Source: a virus. From it: 64,000 nucleotides of DNA. The notes below the pieces were generated by a model that searched no databases, was not told the DNA's origin, and saw nothing but the letters and a program-made list of their open reading frames with translations. Made by a program: the position numbers and the translations under genes. Location of the stretch: IMG/VR virus record IMGVR_UViG_3300050821_006121, positions 1 through 64,000 of that record, one strand, 5' to 3'. Below, piece after piece: positions 23,271-32,709 of this stretch; position 1 is the stretch's first letter; the number at the start of each line of letters is the position of its first letter.

Positions 23271-24152
23271 ATGGCGTTCGGACAGACCAAGACCAAGGAA
23301 GACATCACCAAGACCACGACAGGAGGGCCGATGCAGTCGGCGCCGACCCAGGGCACCAACGTGACCAAGATCCACGCCGGCCCCCCGGCCGCGCTGGCCG
23401 ACAAGCTCAAGGCCGACTCTGGCAAGGGCGTGTCGACCGACCAGGCCGACAACCAGGTACCGCTGATCTACGTCCTCCAGCCCCTGAGCCCCCAGGTCGA
23501 CAAGCGAGACCCCCGCTACATCGAGGGCGCCGAGGCGGGCGACATCTGGCTCCGTGGCGCGCCGTCCCCGATCGTGAAAGGCGACGAGGGCATCGTTTTC
23601 CAGCCCTGCTCGTTCTGGCACGACGTGGGCGAGTGGATCCCCCGCGACGACGGCGGCGGCTTCGTGGCGCGCCACAAGACCCTCCCCGCCAACGCGGTCA
23701 AGACCGTGGACCCCAAGAACCCGGCCCTGGTCAAGTTCAGGACCCCCGACGGCAACGAGCTGGTCGAGACCCGCAACCACGCCGGCTACGTCGTGACGGC
23801 CGACGGCCCGATCCCCTACGTCCTCCCGCTCACCTCGACCGGGCACTCCACGTCGCGGTCCTGGATGTTCATGATGAACTCCCAGCGGGGACCCGACGGC
23901 TCCAAGCCGCCGTCGTGGGCCTGCGTCTACAGGCTCAAGACCATCCAGAAAAAGAACAAAAAGGGAAGTTGGTTTGTCCTGGTGGCCGAGAACGGCGGCG
24001 ACCACGGTCAGACCCGGTGGGTCGACACGGTCGAGGACTACGAGCGAGGTTCTGCCCTGTACGAGGCCTTCGCGTCTGGCCAGAAGCAGGCAGAGGCGCC
24101 GGTGGCGGATGTCGGAGCATCTGACGACCAGGACGGGCCCGTCCCCTTCTGA
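23271..24152 (+). CDS. Putative ssDNA-binding/annealing protein with SSB-like acidic C-terminal tip
   Basis: 293 aa. The C-terminus ..ASDDQDGPVPF resembles the bacterial SSB tip DDDIPF. Sits next to the primase. Confidence 0.5.
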   Translation: MAFGQTKTKEDITKTTTGGPMQSAPTQGTNVTKIHAGPPAALADKLKADSGKGVSTDQADNQVPLIYVLQPLSPQVDKRDPRYIEGAEAGDIWLRGAPSPIVKGDEGIVFQPCSFWHDVGEWIPRDDGGGFVARHKTLPANAVKTVDPKNPALVKFRTPDGNELVETRNHAGYVVTADGPIPYVLPLTSTGHSTSRSWMFMMNSQRGPDGSKPPSWACVYRLKTIQKKNKKGSWFVLVAENGGDHGQTRWVDTVEDYERGSALYEAFASGQKQAEAPVADVGASDDQDGPVPF

Positions 24153-24437
24153 TAGCGGCCTAATCCGCGGTACCCGAACGGGCCGGAGGGGCGTCACCCG
24201 CCCCTCCACCGCGCCACCAACGCTTCCCCCCCGAAGCGCGGCGCGGCACCCTCCTGGGCCACGTTGGGTCGAAAGTCCGGCGACGGAGCCGTTGCTATCC
24301 CAGTGCTAGACGCAGAGCCGTTTGATCCGATCTTGTAAAGGCGCGCCATGACGGGATTGGAGAGGCCGAACAGGGGCTGCAAATGCCCCGACTGGGGCCT
24401 ACTAGACCAGACGCACCTCTAAAAGTCTGGAGAAACA

Positions 24438-26030
24438 GTGTCAACAACCGCAGAGCGCATGATGGCACTCTTTGCCGGATTCTCAGGAGCTCACGGCACC
24501 CACGGCGAGCCCGTGCAGGACGGCCTCAAGTGGGCCATCAAGACCACGGCAAGAACCGTGCGCGAGCCCGTGACCAAGGCGTTGTGGGAACAACACTTGG
24601 CCGGAAAGATTTCGCTAGGTGTTATTCCAATACGCGAGGACGGCACCTGCTCGTGGGGCTCGATCGACGTCGACCAGTACGGCGAGGACTTCCTCAAGCT
24701 CATAGACCGGGTCGAGCGCGGCGGCTTCCCGTTGGTGCCGTGCCGCTCCAAGTCCGGCGGCCTGCACCTCCTGATGTTCCTGAAAGCACCAGAGCCGGCT
24801 GCCTCGGTGCAGTCGGCGCTTCGTGACATGGCCGCCAAGTTGGGCCTCGCTGGGTGCGAGATATTCCCCAAGCAGACCGTGGTCCTGGCGGACCGCGGCG
24901 ACCTGGGCAACTGGATCACGGTCCCGTTCGGTCCCACCTACGGCGGCAAGATCAAGGACCAGGTGGGCTTGAAGAAGACCGGCGCCGAGATGACGATCGA
25001 GGAGTTCCTGTTGATCGCCGAGAAGGCGCGGACCGACATCGCGTCCCTGGCAGAGCTCCGCAAGGCCGCCAGGCCGCGCGTGGCCGGCAACGTGGGAGAA
25101 GCTGCCGAGGCCCGGGTTCCCTTCGGCGACGGGCCGCCCTGCCTCCAGCACCTGGTCGAGCGCCAGATGCTGGGCGACGGCCGCAAGCGAGCGATCTTCC
25201 ACATGGGCATCTACTACAAGCGCGCCGCGCCCGACAACTGGGAGTCGGGCCTTGAGAAGGCCAACCAGGACTACATGACGCCGCCGCTGCCGTCTCAGGA
25301 GGTGTCGACGGTGATCAAGAGCCTGGTCAAGAAGGACTACAACTATCTGTGCCGGGAAGAACCCATGGTCAGCCACTGCGACGCGCTGACGTGCCGCAGC
25401 AGGCGCTTCGGCGTGGGGGAGGGCTCGGCCCTCCCGGCAATCGCGGGCCTGGCCAAGCTGGACACCGACCCCCCGATATGGTTTGCCGACGTCGAGGACA
25501 AGCGGATCGAGGCCACGACCCAGCAGCTCCAGAACTACAATCTGTTCCACATGCTGTGCATGGAGCGCCTCAACCGGTGCTACACGGCGGTCAAACATGC
25601 CGACTGGCTCATGCTGGTGGGCAACGCCATGGCAAACCTGACCCTGATCGAGGCGCCGCCAGAGGTGGGCGTCGGCGGGAGGTTCCTGGAGCTGCTCGAG
25701 GACTTCCTGACCAACAGGGCAGCCGCGGAACGCCGCGATGATATCTTATCGGGGCGTCCTTGGTTAGACGAGGAGGGCACCGCCGTCAGCAGCCTCCCGA
25801 CAATGCCGCGCTACTTCTTCCGGCTGCGCGACCTCCAGGCCCACGTGGTCAGGGAAGGCGAGCGGTCCATGGGCCGCAACTGGATGGCCCAGCGGCTCAA
25901 GGCCCTGGGCGGCGCCGACCACCTGTTCAACATCAAGGGCAAGGCGTGCGGGTGCTGGTGGGTGCCGGCGTCGTGCGTGAGCCCCGCGCCCAAGTTGGAT
26001 TTACCTAAGGGTAGGACGGAGGCGATATGA
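24438..26030 (+). CDS. AEP-family DNA primase/polymerase (prim-pol)
   Basis: GTG start. The N-terminal block ISLGVIPIREDGTCSWGSIDVD...SKSGGLHLLMF is typical of phage/plasmid AEP primases. Confidence 0.75.
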   Translation: MSTTAERMMALFAGFSGAHGTHGEPVQDGLKWAIKTTARTVREPVTKALWEQHLAGKISLGVIPIREDGTCSWGSIDVDQYGEDFLKLIDRVERGGFPLVPCRSKSGGLHLLMFLKAPEPAASVQSALRDMAAKLGLAGCEIFPKQTVVLADRGDLGNWITVPFGPTYGGKIKDQVGLKKTGAEMTIEEFLLIAEKARTDIASLAELRKAARPRVAGNVGEAAEARVPFGDGPPCLQHLVERQMLGDGRKRAIFHMGIYYKRAAPDNWESGLEKANQDYMTPPLPSQEVSTVIKSLVKKDYNYLCREEPMVSHCDALTCRSRRFGVGEGSALPAIAGLAKLDTDPPIWFADVEDKRIEATTQQLQNYNLFHMLCMERLNRCYTAVKHADWLMLVGNAMANLTLIEAPPEVGVGGRFLELLEDFLTNRAAAERRDDILSGRPWLDEEGTAVSSLPTMPRYFFRLRDLQAHVVREGERSMGRNWMAQRLKALGGADHLFNIKGKACGCWWVPASCVSPAPKLDLPKGRTEAI

Positions 26031-26194
26031 CGTTGCGCACGCCTTATGACGGCGCTCCATATTACTGCATCGTGTGCGGCGCAGGGTTCTATGAATTTAT
26101 TAACTGCGAACAGCTAGATTGTGAACGAGAAGATGTTCGTGAAGCTGAACAACGCCGAGACAAGATGATTCGCGATCATGAGAGGACCACATGA
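26027..26194 (+). CDS. Small Cys-containing protein (55 aa)
   Basis: ATGA overlaps at both ends. Contains CIVCG...C..LDC. Confidence 0.45.
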   Translation: MTLRTPYDGAPYYCIVCGAGFYEFINCEQLDCEREDVREAEQRRDKMIRDHERTT

Positions 26195-26367
26195 CCAACC
26201 GCTACTACTGGGTCACTCTCCTAGAGTGGGAGGCCATGACCCCGGCCGTCCGCAAGCACGTCGAGGACTGGGCCCGGGCCAACGGCCTGGAGGTCGCGGT
26301 GGACCTGCGCGACGACCACCAGAAGGGTCCCAGGACCCCAGAACCTGAGGAGGACGTCGATGTTTGA
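26191..26367 (+). CDS. Small hypothetical protein (58 aa)
   Basis: ATGA-coupled to the upstream ORF, with high GC3. Confidence 0.45.
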   Translation: MTNRYYWVTLLEWEAMTPAVRKHVEDWARANGLEVAVDLRDDHQKGPRTPEPEEDVDV

Positions 26368-26440
26368 CCCGGTGTGGCTCGTCCTGGGCGCGCTGGCCGC
26401 GGCCCTGATCGTGTGCGTCGTGATGGGGTGGAGGGCATGA
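26360..26440 (+). CDS. Tiny single-TM peptide (26 aa)
   Basis: Sequence MFDPVWLVLGALAAALIVCVVMGWRA. ATGA-coupled to the mutase-like gene. Confidence 0.3.
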   Translation: MFDPVWLVLGALAAALIVCVVMGWRA

Positions 26441-27549
26441 AGACCGCCCTGATCATAGGCGGCGGGTTCGCCGGCTGCGCCGCGGCCCACCAGCTCCAGC
26501 TGCAGCGCGGCTGGGACGTGACCCTGGTCGAGGCGGGGCCCCAGCTCGGCGCGGGCGTGCGGACCCAGTGGCTCGGGGGCCACCCCCATACCTTCGGCCC
26601 CCGACATTTCCTCACGCAGAGGCCGGAGCTATTCGAATTCTTGAATAGCTACGTGCCTATGCGTCGATGCCCGGAACATCAGTTCCTGGCCTACGTCGAG
26701 CAGGACCAGGCCTTCTACAACTACCCGATCCACGAGGACGACATCCGGAGAATGCCCGACCGCGCGCAGATATACGGCGAGCGCGACCTGGGCGTCGCGG
26801 CGAGCGCGGCCGAGAACTTCGAGGAGTTCTGGATCCGGTCGGTCGGGGAGACGCTCTACCACAAGTTCGTCGACTCTTACTCCAAAAAGATGTGGCAGGT
26901 AAAGAGCAACACCGAGATCGACACGTTCGCCTGGTCGCCCAAGGGCGTGACCATCAAGCAGGGCCCCAGGGCCGCGTGGGACACGGCCATCTCGGCCTAC
27001 CCCAGGGCCGCCAACGGCTACGACGACTACTTCAGGGTGGCCACCGACGGCGTCGAGGTCGTGCTCGACTGCTGCCCGTCCCAGTACTGGATCGGGCGAA
27101 AGACGGCCATGGTCGGGCGCGAGGTGCGCAAGTTCGACGCGATCATCAGCACGATCTCGCCCGACTCGCTCTTCGACGAGTGCTACGGCCGCCTCCCGTT
27201 CGTCGGGAGGGACGTCGTGCCGATCGTGCTGCCGGTCGAGTTCGCCCTGCCGAAGGACGTGTACTTCTGCTACTACACGGGTGAAGAAAAATACACCCGC
27301 GTGACCGAGTACAAGAAGTTCACCAGGCACCGCGACCCGACGTCGACCCTGATCACGATCGAGACGCCGTCCGCGAACGGCAGGCTGTACCCGATGCCTG
27401 TAAAGAGGTACAAGGACTTGGCGCAGAAGTACTTCGATCTTATGCCTGATCGAGTCTTCTCGATCGGGCGTGCCGGTTCCTACGACTACGGGGTCGATAT
27501 CGATGACTGCATCGCGCAGGCCATGGACGTGGTGGAAAAGCTAAAATGA
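26437..27549 (+). CDS. UDP-galactopyranose mutase (Glf)-like flavoprotein
   Basis: IIGGGFAGCAAA is an FAD-binding Rossmann motif. FGPRHF, NFEEFWIRSVGETLYHKFVDSYSKKMW, YTRVTEYKKF and RLYPMP..GRAGSYDY align by eye with E. coli Glf blocks. Confidence 0.75.
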   Translation: MKTALIIGGGFAGCAAAHQLQLQRGWDVTLVEAGPQLGAGVRTQWLGGHPHTFGPRHFLTQRPELFEFLNSYVPMRRCPEHQFLAYVEQDQAFYNYPIHEDDIRRMPDRAQIYGERDLGVAASAAENFEEFWIRSVGETLYHKFVDSYSKKMWQVKSNTEIDTFAWSPKGVTIKQGPRAAWDTAISAYPRAANGYDDYFRVATDGVEVVLDCCPSQYWIGRKTAMVGREVRKFDAIISTISPDSLFDECYGRLPFVGRDVVPIVLPVEFALPKDVYFCYYTGEEKYTRVTEYKKFTRHRDPTSTLITIETPSANGRLYPMPVKRYKDLAQKYFDLMPDRVFSIGRAGSYDYGVDIDDCIAQAMDVVEKLK

Positions 27550-28070
27550 AGATCGGCTATGCAGACCCGCCGTACATCGGCTGCGCGTATCTCTACAAAG
27601 ACCATCCTGACTATGCCGGGGAGGTTGATATGGCGGTGCTTATCGAGCGACTCGATTCTGACTATGACGGCTGGCTCCTGCATACCCACGCCACGCCAGA
27701 AGCGTTCGCCTTCCTAGGTCCGTTAGTGAAGGCCAAGGAGGGTGCTCGATGGTGTGCTTGGGTCAAAACTTTCGCTGCGTTCAGGCGGAATGTTCCGGTG
27801 GCTTATGCCTGGGAGCCCGTTATCATAAAACCCGCGCGGAAGCCAGTAGTGAGTAAGCGGATGGTGATGCGGGACTGGATCGACTGTCCCATGACCATGA
27901 GGAAAGGCTTGACCGGGGTGAAGCCCGAGAAAGTCTGCCATTGGACTTTCGAATTGCTTGGCATGCGACCGGAAGATGAGCTTTGTGATCTGTTTCCCGG
28001 TACGGGCGCCGTGACCAAGGCATGGAAGACGTGGCAAGGAAAGTTTACTCTCCCAGCGGAGATTACATGA
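27546..28070 (+). CDS. Small DNA methyltransferase (DPPY motif; N6-adenine or N4-cytosine)
   Basis: GYADPPY is motif IV, near the N-terminus, and DLFPGTGAV is motif I, near the C-terminus. This is a permuted beta-class order. Confidence 0.7.
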   Translation: MKIGYADPPYIGCAYLYKDHPDYAGEVDMAVLIERLDSDYDGWLLHTHATPEAFAFLGPLVKAKEGARWCAWVKTFAAFRRNVPVAYAWEPVIIKPARKPVVSKRMVMRDWIDCPMTMRKGLTGVKPEKVCHWTFELLGMRPEDELCDLFPGTGAVTKAWKTWQGKFTLPAEIT

Positions 28071-28306
28071 CCTTCGCCTTCGACGACCTAAACGAGCGCG
28101 GCCTCCGCGACGGCCTGATCGAGCTGGCCGACATCCGGCGCTCCATAAAGGGGCGCCTGCAGGACGCCGAGACCCAGGTCCAGGTCCACGAGACCGCGGC
28201 CAACGCGCTGCGCAAGGTCGAGGCGCTCCTGGCCCAGGTCGAGGGGCACATGCGGGGAAGGCTGGAGCAGATTGAGCGCAAAAGGAAACAGGAGCAGACC
28301 ACATGA
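28067..28306 (+). CDS. Coiled-coil hypothetical protein
   Basis: The ATG at 28067 overlaps the upstream stop (ATGA). Confidence 0.5.
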   Translation: MTFAFDDLNERGLRDGLIELADIRRSIKGRLQDAETQVQVHETAANALRKVEALLAQVEGHMRGRLEQIERKRKQEQTT

Positions 28307-29541
28307 TCAACACTCTGATCCACTACGCCTCGACCAACCCACTTCTGATTGGCGGCATTGGCACGCTGTTGTTCGGGTCGGTCATGTATCTCGTGCGTGA
28401 CATTCCAGTTCGCATCTACCACACCATCAAGCGCATGACCACCATCGAGATCAGCCTGACCTCGGACAGCTTTCTCTACCACGAGATACTGCGGGTCTTG
28501 AGCACAGCCCGGATCGGTCTATTCGCCCGCAACTACTCGACCGACCACGAGGGAGACGTGGTGTCGGGCTACGGCGGCTCGGTCGCCATCTTTGAGCGCC
28601 GCCTGGTCACGTTCAATCGCGAGCTGATCGAGGGCAAGCTGAGACTTGACGAGAAGCTCCACGTCACGGTGTTCAGCCGCGACGTCGGTGTCCTCAGAAA
28701 GATGATCGCCAAGGCGCGGTTGCCCAAGCCCGATGATATGGTCAAGATATATTCGGCCTCCAGCGGCTACTGGGGGTCTCCGATCAGGAGGCGTAAGCGT
28801 GGCCTCGATACTATCTTTACCAACGGCGACGCCAAGGACGCGATCATTGCCAAGATAAGATGGTTCGTGGCCAACGAGCAGTGGTACGTTAAGCGCGGCA
28901 TCCCCTACAAACTGATCTTCCTGCTCCACGGCGAGCCGGGGACAGGGAAGACATCGCTGATCTATGGGATAGCGTCCTATTTTGACCGAGGTATCGGTTC
29001 AGTGGACACTATCGCCAATATCGACGACACCCTCAAGAACTTGCCTGAGAACACTTTCGCCCTAATCGAAGACATCGACATGATATCGATCAGCCGCGAC
29101 GAAGATGACGACGACACCCCAGGCAAGCCCCAGGCAGCGGCACCAGCCCGAGCAGAGCGCGACCTGACGTCCACCGCGACTCAGATGAGCGCGCTCCAGG
29201 TCCTAATCAACGCCCTTGACGGTATAGCCACGCCCCACGGCCTGATCATGTTCATCACCACCAACTTCAGAGAGCGGCTTGATGCAGCGCTCATCAGGCC
29301 CGGACGTGTGGACTGCGACCTTGAGATCACGCCGCTAGAGGCCGACGCCACCGAGGAAATGTTTGTGGCATTCTACGGTGACGAATATGCTCACCTCATC
29401 CAGACTTATACTCAGTTGCCTCAATTTAAACCTCGTACTGGCGCCGTGCTTCAGCAATTGTTCATGACCGAGAGCCCGGAGCGAGCCGTCGAGCGCCTGC
29501 GTCAGCACGCGCGGCTGATGATCGTGGGGGCCGCGTCTTGA
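28303..29541 (+). CDS. Bcs1-like membrane-anchored AAA+ ATPase
   Basis: N-terminal TM LLIGGIGTLLFGSVMYLV and a BCS1_N-like region. Walker A LHGEPGTGKTS, Walker B ALIEDID, arginine finger region RPGRVD. Confidence 0.75.
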   Translation: MINTLIHYASTNPLLIGGIGTLLFGSVMYLVRDIPVRIYHTIKRMTTIEISLTSDSFLYHEILRVLSTARIGLFARNYSTDHEGDVVSGYGGSVAIFERRLVTFNRELIEGKLRLDEKLHVTVFSRDVGVLRKMIAKARLPKPDDMVKIYSASSGYWGSPIRRRKRGLDTIFTNGDAKDAIIAKIRWFVANEQWYVKRGIPYKLIFLLHGEPGTGKTSLIYGIASYFDRGIGSVDTIANIDDTLKNLPENTFALIEDIDMISISRDEDDDDTPGKPQAAAPARAERDLTSTATQMSALQVLINALDGIATPHGLIMFITTNFRERLDAALIRPGRVDCDLEITPLEADATEEMFVAFYGDEYAHLIQTYTQLPQFKPRTGAVLQQLFMTESPERAVERLRQHARLMIVGAAS

Positions 29542-31061
29542 ATCCGGAGATCATCCTCGGCCCTCCCGGTTGTGGAAAAACTACGTCACTACTCGACATT
29601 GTAGACGAGGAGCTGGCCAGGGGCACCGAGCCCGAGAAGATCGGGTTCGTCAGCTTCACCAGGAAGGCGGCGGACGAGGCGGCCGAACGCGCCGCGACGC
29701 GCTTCAACCTTCCCCGATCGCGATTCCCGTGGTTTAGAACAATTCACAGCACTTGTTTTCGTCGGCTTGGTATGCGGCGCGATGACGTCCTGGAGGGACG
29801 GCGCCTGCAGGAGTTTGGTCACTACGCGGGAATACGCATCACAGGTCGCTGGACCGACGACGGCACGATGTCGGGCTTTGAGCTCGGTGACCGAATCATC
29901 TTCATGGAGAACCTCTCGCGGGTCAAGGGCACGAGTCTCAGGGACGAGTACCACGAGATCAGCGATAACCTGCCGTGGCGGGAGGTAGAGCGGGTCGCCG
30001 CCGCCCTGGCACAGTTCAAGCGCGAACGTGGTCTCATGGACTACACCGACATGCTGTCTGAGTTCGTCGCTGCGGATCGAGATTTAGGTCTAGAGGTGCT
30101 GCTCTGCGACGAAAGTCAGGATTCGAGTTTTTTACAATGGCAGGTCATCGGCCTCATGGCCCGGTCGTGCCGCCGTGTCGTTGTCGGAGCCGACGATGAC
30201 CAGGCCATCTTTTCCTGGAGCGGGGCCGATGTCGAGCACCTGATAAGCCTTCCCGGCACCGTGAGGGTCCTGGACCAGAGCTACCGCGTGCCACGCAAGG
30301 TGCAGGCCCTGGCCAGCAGCATCATCGACCGGGTCCACAATCGGCGGCCCAAGGAGTGGAAGGCCCGCGACTCGGAGGGCGTCGTCGGCCACGCAGTCTC
30401 CGCCGAGGAGCTCTCCTGGGACGACCCCGACACCGGCGGCAACAGCCCGCCGATCCTGGTCCTGGCCCGCAACGCCTTTGTGCTGCGCGACCAGGTGATC
30501 CCCACGCTGCGCAGGCAGGGCGTGCTGTACGAGAAGTCGGGTTATCCCTCGATCGCCCCGGGTATCCTGGAGGCCATAACGCACTGGGAGCGCCTGCGCC
30601 AGGGCGCGTCCCTCCCGGTCGGCGCGTGCCAGGAGATCTACCGGCACATGTCGTCCGGCGCCAGGATAGCCCGCGGCTTCAAGGAGCTGCCGGGCATGGA
30701 CGACTCGGAAGAGCTGTCCATGACCGATCTGAGGCAGAGGGGCGGCCTGCTCACGGAGGCGATATGGCACGAGGCCATGGACCGCCTCCCCAGGGACGAC
30801 GTGGGCTACATCGTTCGAATGAGACAGCGGGGCGAACGGTTGAAAGCACGCCCGAGAGTTTGGCTTTCCACCATCCACTCTGCCAAGGGCGGCGAGGCCG
30901 ATCACGTGGTGCTGTTCAAGGAGGTCGCCAGGCGGACGGCCAGGGAGGCCAATATCAATCCGGATGCCGAGCGAAGGGTTTGGTATGTCGGCTGTACTAG
31001 AGCCAAGGAAAAGCTTACAATTGTCGAGTCCCAAGGCCCACAGGAATGTGCATGGGTATGA
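29538..31061 (+). CDS. UvrD/Rep-like superfamily 1 helicase
   Basis: Motifs GPPGCGKTT, LLCDESQD, GADDDQAIFSW, STIHSAKGGEADHVVL and VGCTRAKEKL. Confidence 0.85.
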   Translation: MNPEIILGPPGCGKTTSLLDIVDEELARGTEPEKIGFVSFTRKAADEAAERAATRFNLPRSRFPWFRTIHSTCFRRLGMRRDDVLEGRRLQEFGHYAGIRITGRWTDDGTMSGFELGDRIIFMENLSRVKGTSLRDEYHEISDNLPWREVERVAAALAQFKRERGLMDYTDMLSEFVAADRDLGLEVLLCDESQDSSFLQWQVIGLMARSCRRVVVGADDDQAIFSWSGADVEHLISLPGTVRVLDQSYRVPRKVQALASSIIDRVHNRRPKEWKARDSEGVVGHAVSAEELSWDDPDTGGNSPPILVLARNAFVLRDQVIPTLRRQGVLYEKSGYPSIAPGILEAITHWERLRQGASLPVGACQEIYRHMSSGARIARGFKELPGMDDSEELSMTDLRQRGGLLTEAIWHEAMDRLPRDDVGYIVRMRQRGERLKARPRVWLSTIHSAKGGEADHVVLFKEVARRTAREANINPDAERRVWYVGCTRAKEKLTIVESQGPQECAWV

Positions 31062-31459
31062 TCGAACGCAACAAGACCCTCCAGGAGCGCGAGAGCACCC
31101 ACGGCAATTTCAAGAACAATGCCGCGATCAGCCAATTCCTGAAGGCCTATTTCCGCAAGACCCAGGATGGCTATGCGGACGCTATTGCCAATGCTGCCCA
31201 GTGGGAAGCCCTGGACATGATCTGCCTCAAGCTATCCCGGGTCCTTTCGGGGCAGGCGGATTTCAAGGACCACTGGCGCGATATTGCTGGCTATGCCCAC
31301 TTGGGTATGGAATCGTGCGACGAGCGCAAGTTGATCGAGCGCCGTATCAGGTACCTGGATCTGCGAATCGGGGCAACGCCTGGGTGGGATAATGAACTGG
31401 AAGTTCTGAAGGGTGAACGTCAAGTTTTGCTAAATCGACTTAAGGTAATGGGCGAATGA
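31046..31459 (+). CDS. Hypothetical conserved phage protein
   Basis: 137-aa ORF. Motif RESTHGNF..W..LDMICLKLSRV..G..DHWRDIAGYA. Confidence 0.55.
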   Translation: MCMGMIERNKTLQERESTHGNFKNNAAISQFLKAYFRKTQDGYADAIANAAQWEALDMICLKLSRVLSGQADFKDHWRDIAGYAHLGMESCDERKLIERRIRYLDLRIGATPGWDNELEVLKGERQVLLNRLKVMGE

Positions 31460-32709
31460 TAGCTGCAAGTCTCTTCAGCGGCATCGGAGCGCCAGAGACC
31501 GCCATGTCATCGTGGGACTGGGTCTGGTCGGCCGAGTTCGAAAATTTTCCATCGGCCGTGCTGGCCGAGCGCCATCCGCACACAACCAACCTTGGGGACG
31601 TGACCGCCAATGACTTCACCGAACGAGCCAGAGCAATCGCCAGCCCCGACGTCATCGTCTTCGGAAGCCCATGCCAGTCCTACAGCATCGCAGGAAAGCG
31701 CCTCGGACTGGATGACCCACGCGGCAACCTGGCCCTCGTCGCCCTTCGAATTATTGCGGAACTTGGACCCAGATGGTTCGTCTTCGAAAACGTCCCTGGT
31801 CTCCTGTCCTCCTCCAAAGGATGCGACTTCGGGATTTTCCTCAAAACGGTGGATGAACTCAGGTATTCTGGCGCATGGGGAGTGCTGGACGCTCAGCACT
31901 TCGGAGTGGCGCAGCGGCGCAAGCGCGTGTTCTTTGTCGGACATTCTGGAGATTGGCGATATCCCGCAGCGGTACTTCTTGAGCCCCAAGGCGTGTGCGG
32001 GCATTCTCCGCCGAGCAGGACGCCGCGAGAAGACCTTGCCGCGAGCCTTAGAGCAAGCGCTTCGCCAAGGGGCCATGGACACAGTCATGGTGATCGCGGA
32101 GACGGAAACGATAACTTAATCGCTTTCGGGAAAAACAACACGTCAGGCCCAATCGACTGCGCCACTGCGGTCAACGCTCATGGCGGTCCTTGCGGTCGCA
32201 TGGACTTTGAGTCCGAGACCTTCGTTACCCACGCATTGCGCGCAGGTTATGCCAAGGGCGCAGGCCACAATGACGGGAAGAAGGGTTCGCCGCAGAATTT
32301 GGTGATGTGCTTTACCAGCAAGGACCACGGCGCGGATGCCATGAATAACTTGTCGCCTACCCTGCGATCAGGCGCGCACGATAAGTCGCACGCCAATGCG
32401 GGTGTGCCTCCCGCCATAGCCTTTCAAAGTTCCCAGAGCGGCGTTCGCGTAACGGAGACCCACGCTACATTGGATTCAAATAATGGAAGCAGACGACATA
32501 ACGGAACGATTGCAGGCTCTGCTGTCAGGCGTTTGACGCCGCGTGAATGTGAGCGCCTCCAGGGCTTCCCCGACGACTACACAAATATAAGCTATCGCAA
32601 CAAGTCCGCAGCCGATGGTCCACGCTATAAGGCTCTAGGCAACAGCATGGCAGTCCCAGTCATGCGCTGGATACTCAGGCGCATCGAGGCGGTCGATGGC
32701 CAAGGCTAA
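31456..32709 (+). CDS. DNA (cytosine-5)-methyltransferase
   Basis: Motifs FSGIGAPE (I), GSPCQSYS (IV), ENVPGL (VI), QRRKRVFFVG (VIII), RLTPRECERLQGFP (IX) and GNSMAVPV (X). Confidence 0.9.
   Translation: MIAASLFSGIGAPETAMSSWDWVWSAEFENFPSAVLAERHPHTTNLGDVTANDFTERARAIASPDVIVFGSPCQSYSIAGKRLGLDDPRGNLALVALRIIAELGPRWFVFENVPGLLSSSKGCDFGIFLKTVDELRYSGAWGVLDAQHFGVAQRRKRVFFVGHSGDWRYPAAVLLEPQGVCGHSPPSRTPREDLAASLRASASPRGHGHSHGDRGDGNDNLIAFGKNNTSGPIDCATAVNAHGGPCGRMDFESETFVTHALRAGYAKGAGHNDGKKGSPQNLVMCFTSKDHGADAMNNLSPTLRSGAHDKSHANAGVPPAIAFQSSQSGVRVTETHATLDSNNGSRRHNGTIAGSAVRRLTPRECERLQGFPDDYTNISYRNKSAADGPRYKALGNSMAVPVMRWILRRIEAVDGQG

Noticed and set aside
23106-24209. 367-aa minus-strand ORF and 300-aa alternative plus-frame ORF
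   Set aside because: Both overlap the SSB-like gene and have Arg/Gly/Pro-rich low-complexity translations with no start context.
24194-24382. 62-aa minus-strand ORF in the primase upstream gap
   Set aside because: It has no start context, lies in a hairpin-rich region, and the opposite-strand hit to the promoter motif lacks a -10.
24615-25598. 327-aa minus-strand ORF
   Set aside because: It is antisense to the AEP primase gene.
26374-26436. Upstream extension of the mutase-like ORF
   Set aside because: The extension is Arg/Gly-rich and overlaps two small coupled ORFs. The ATG at 26437 gives the canonical Rossmann N-terminus MKTALIIGGGFAG.
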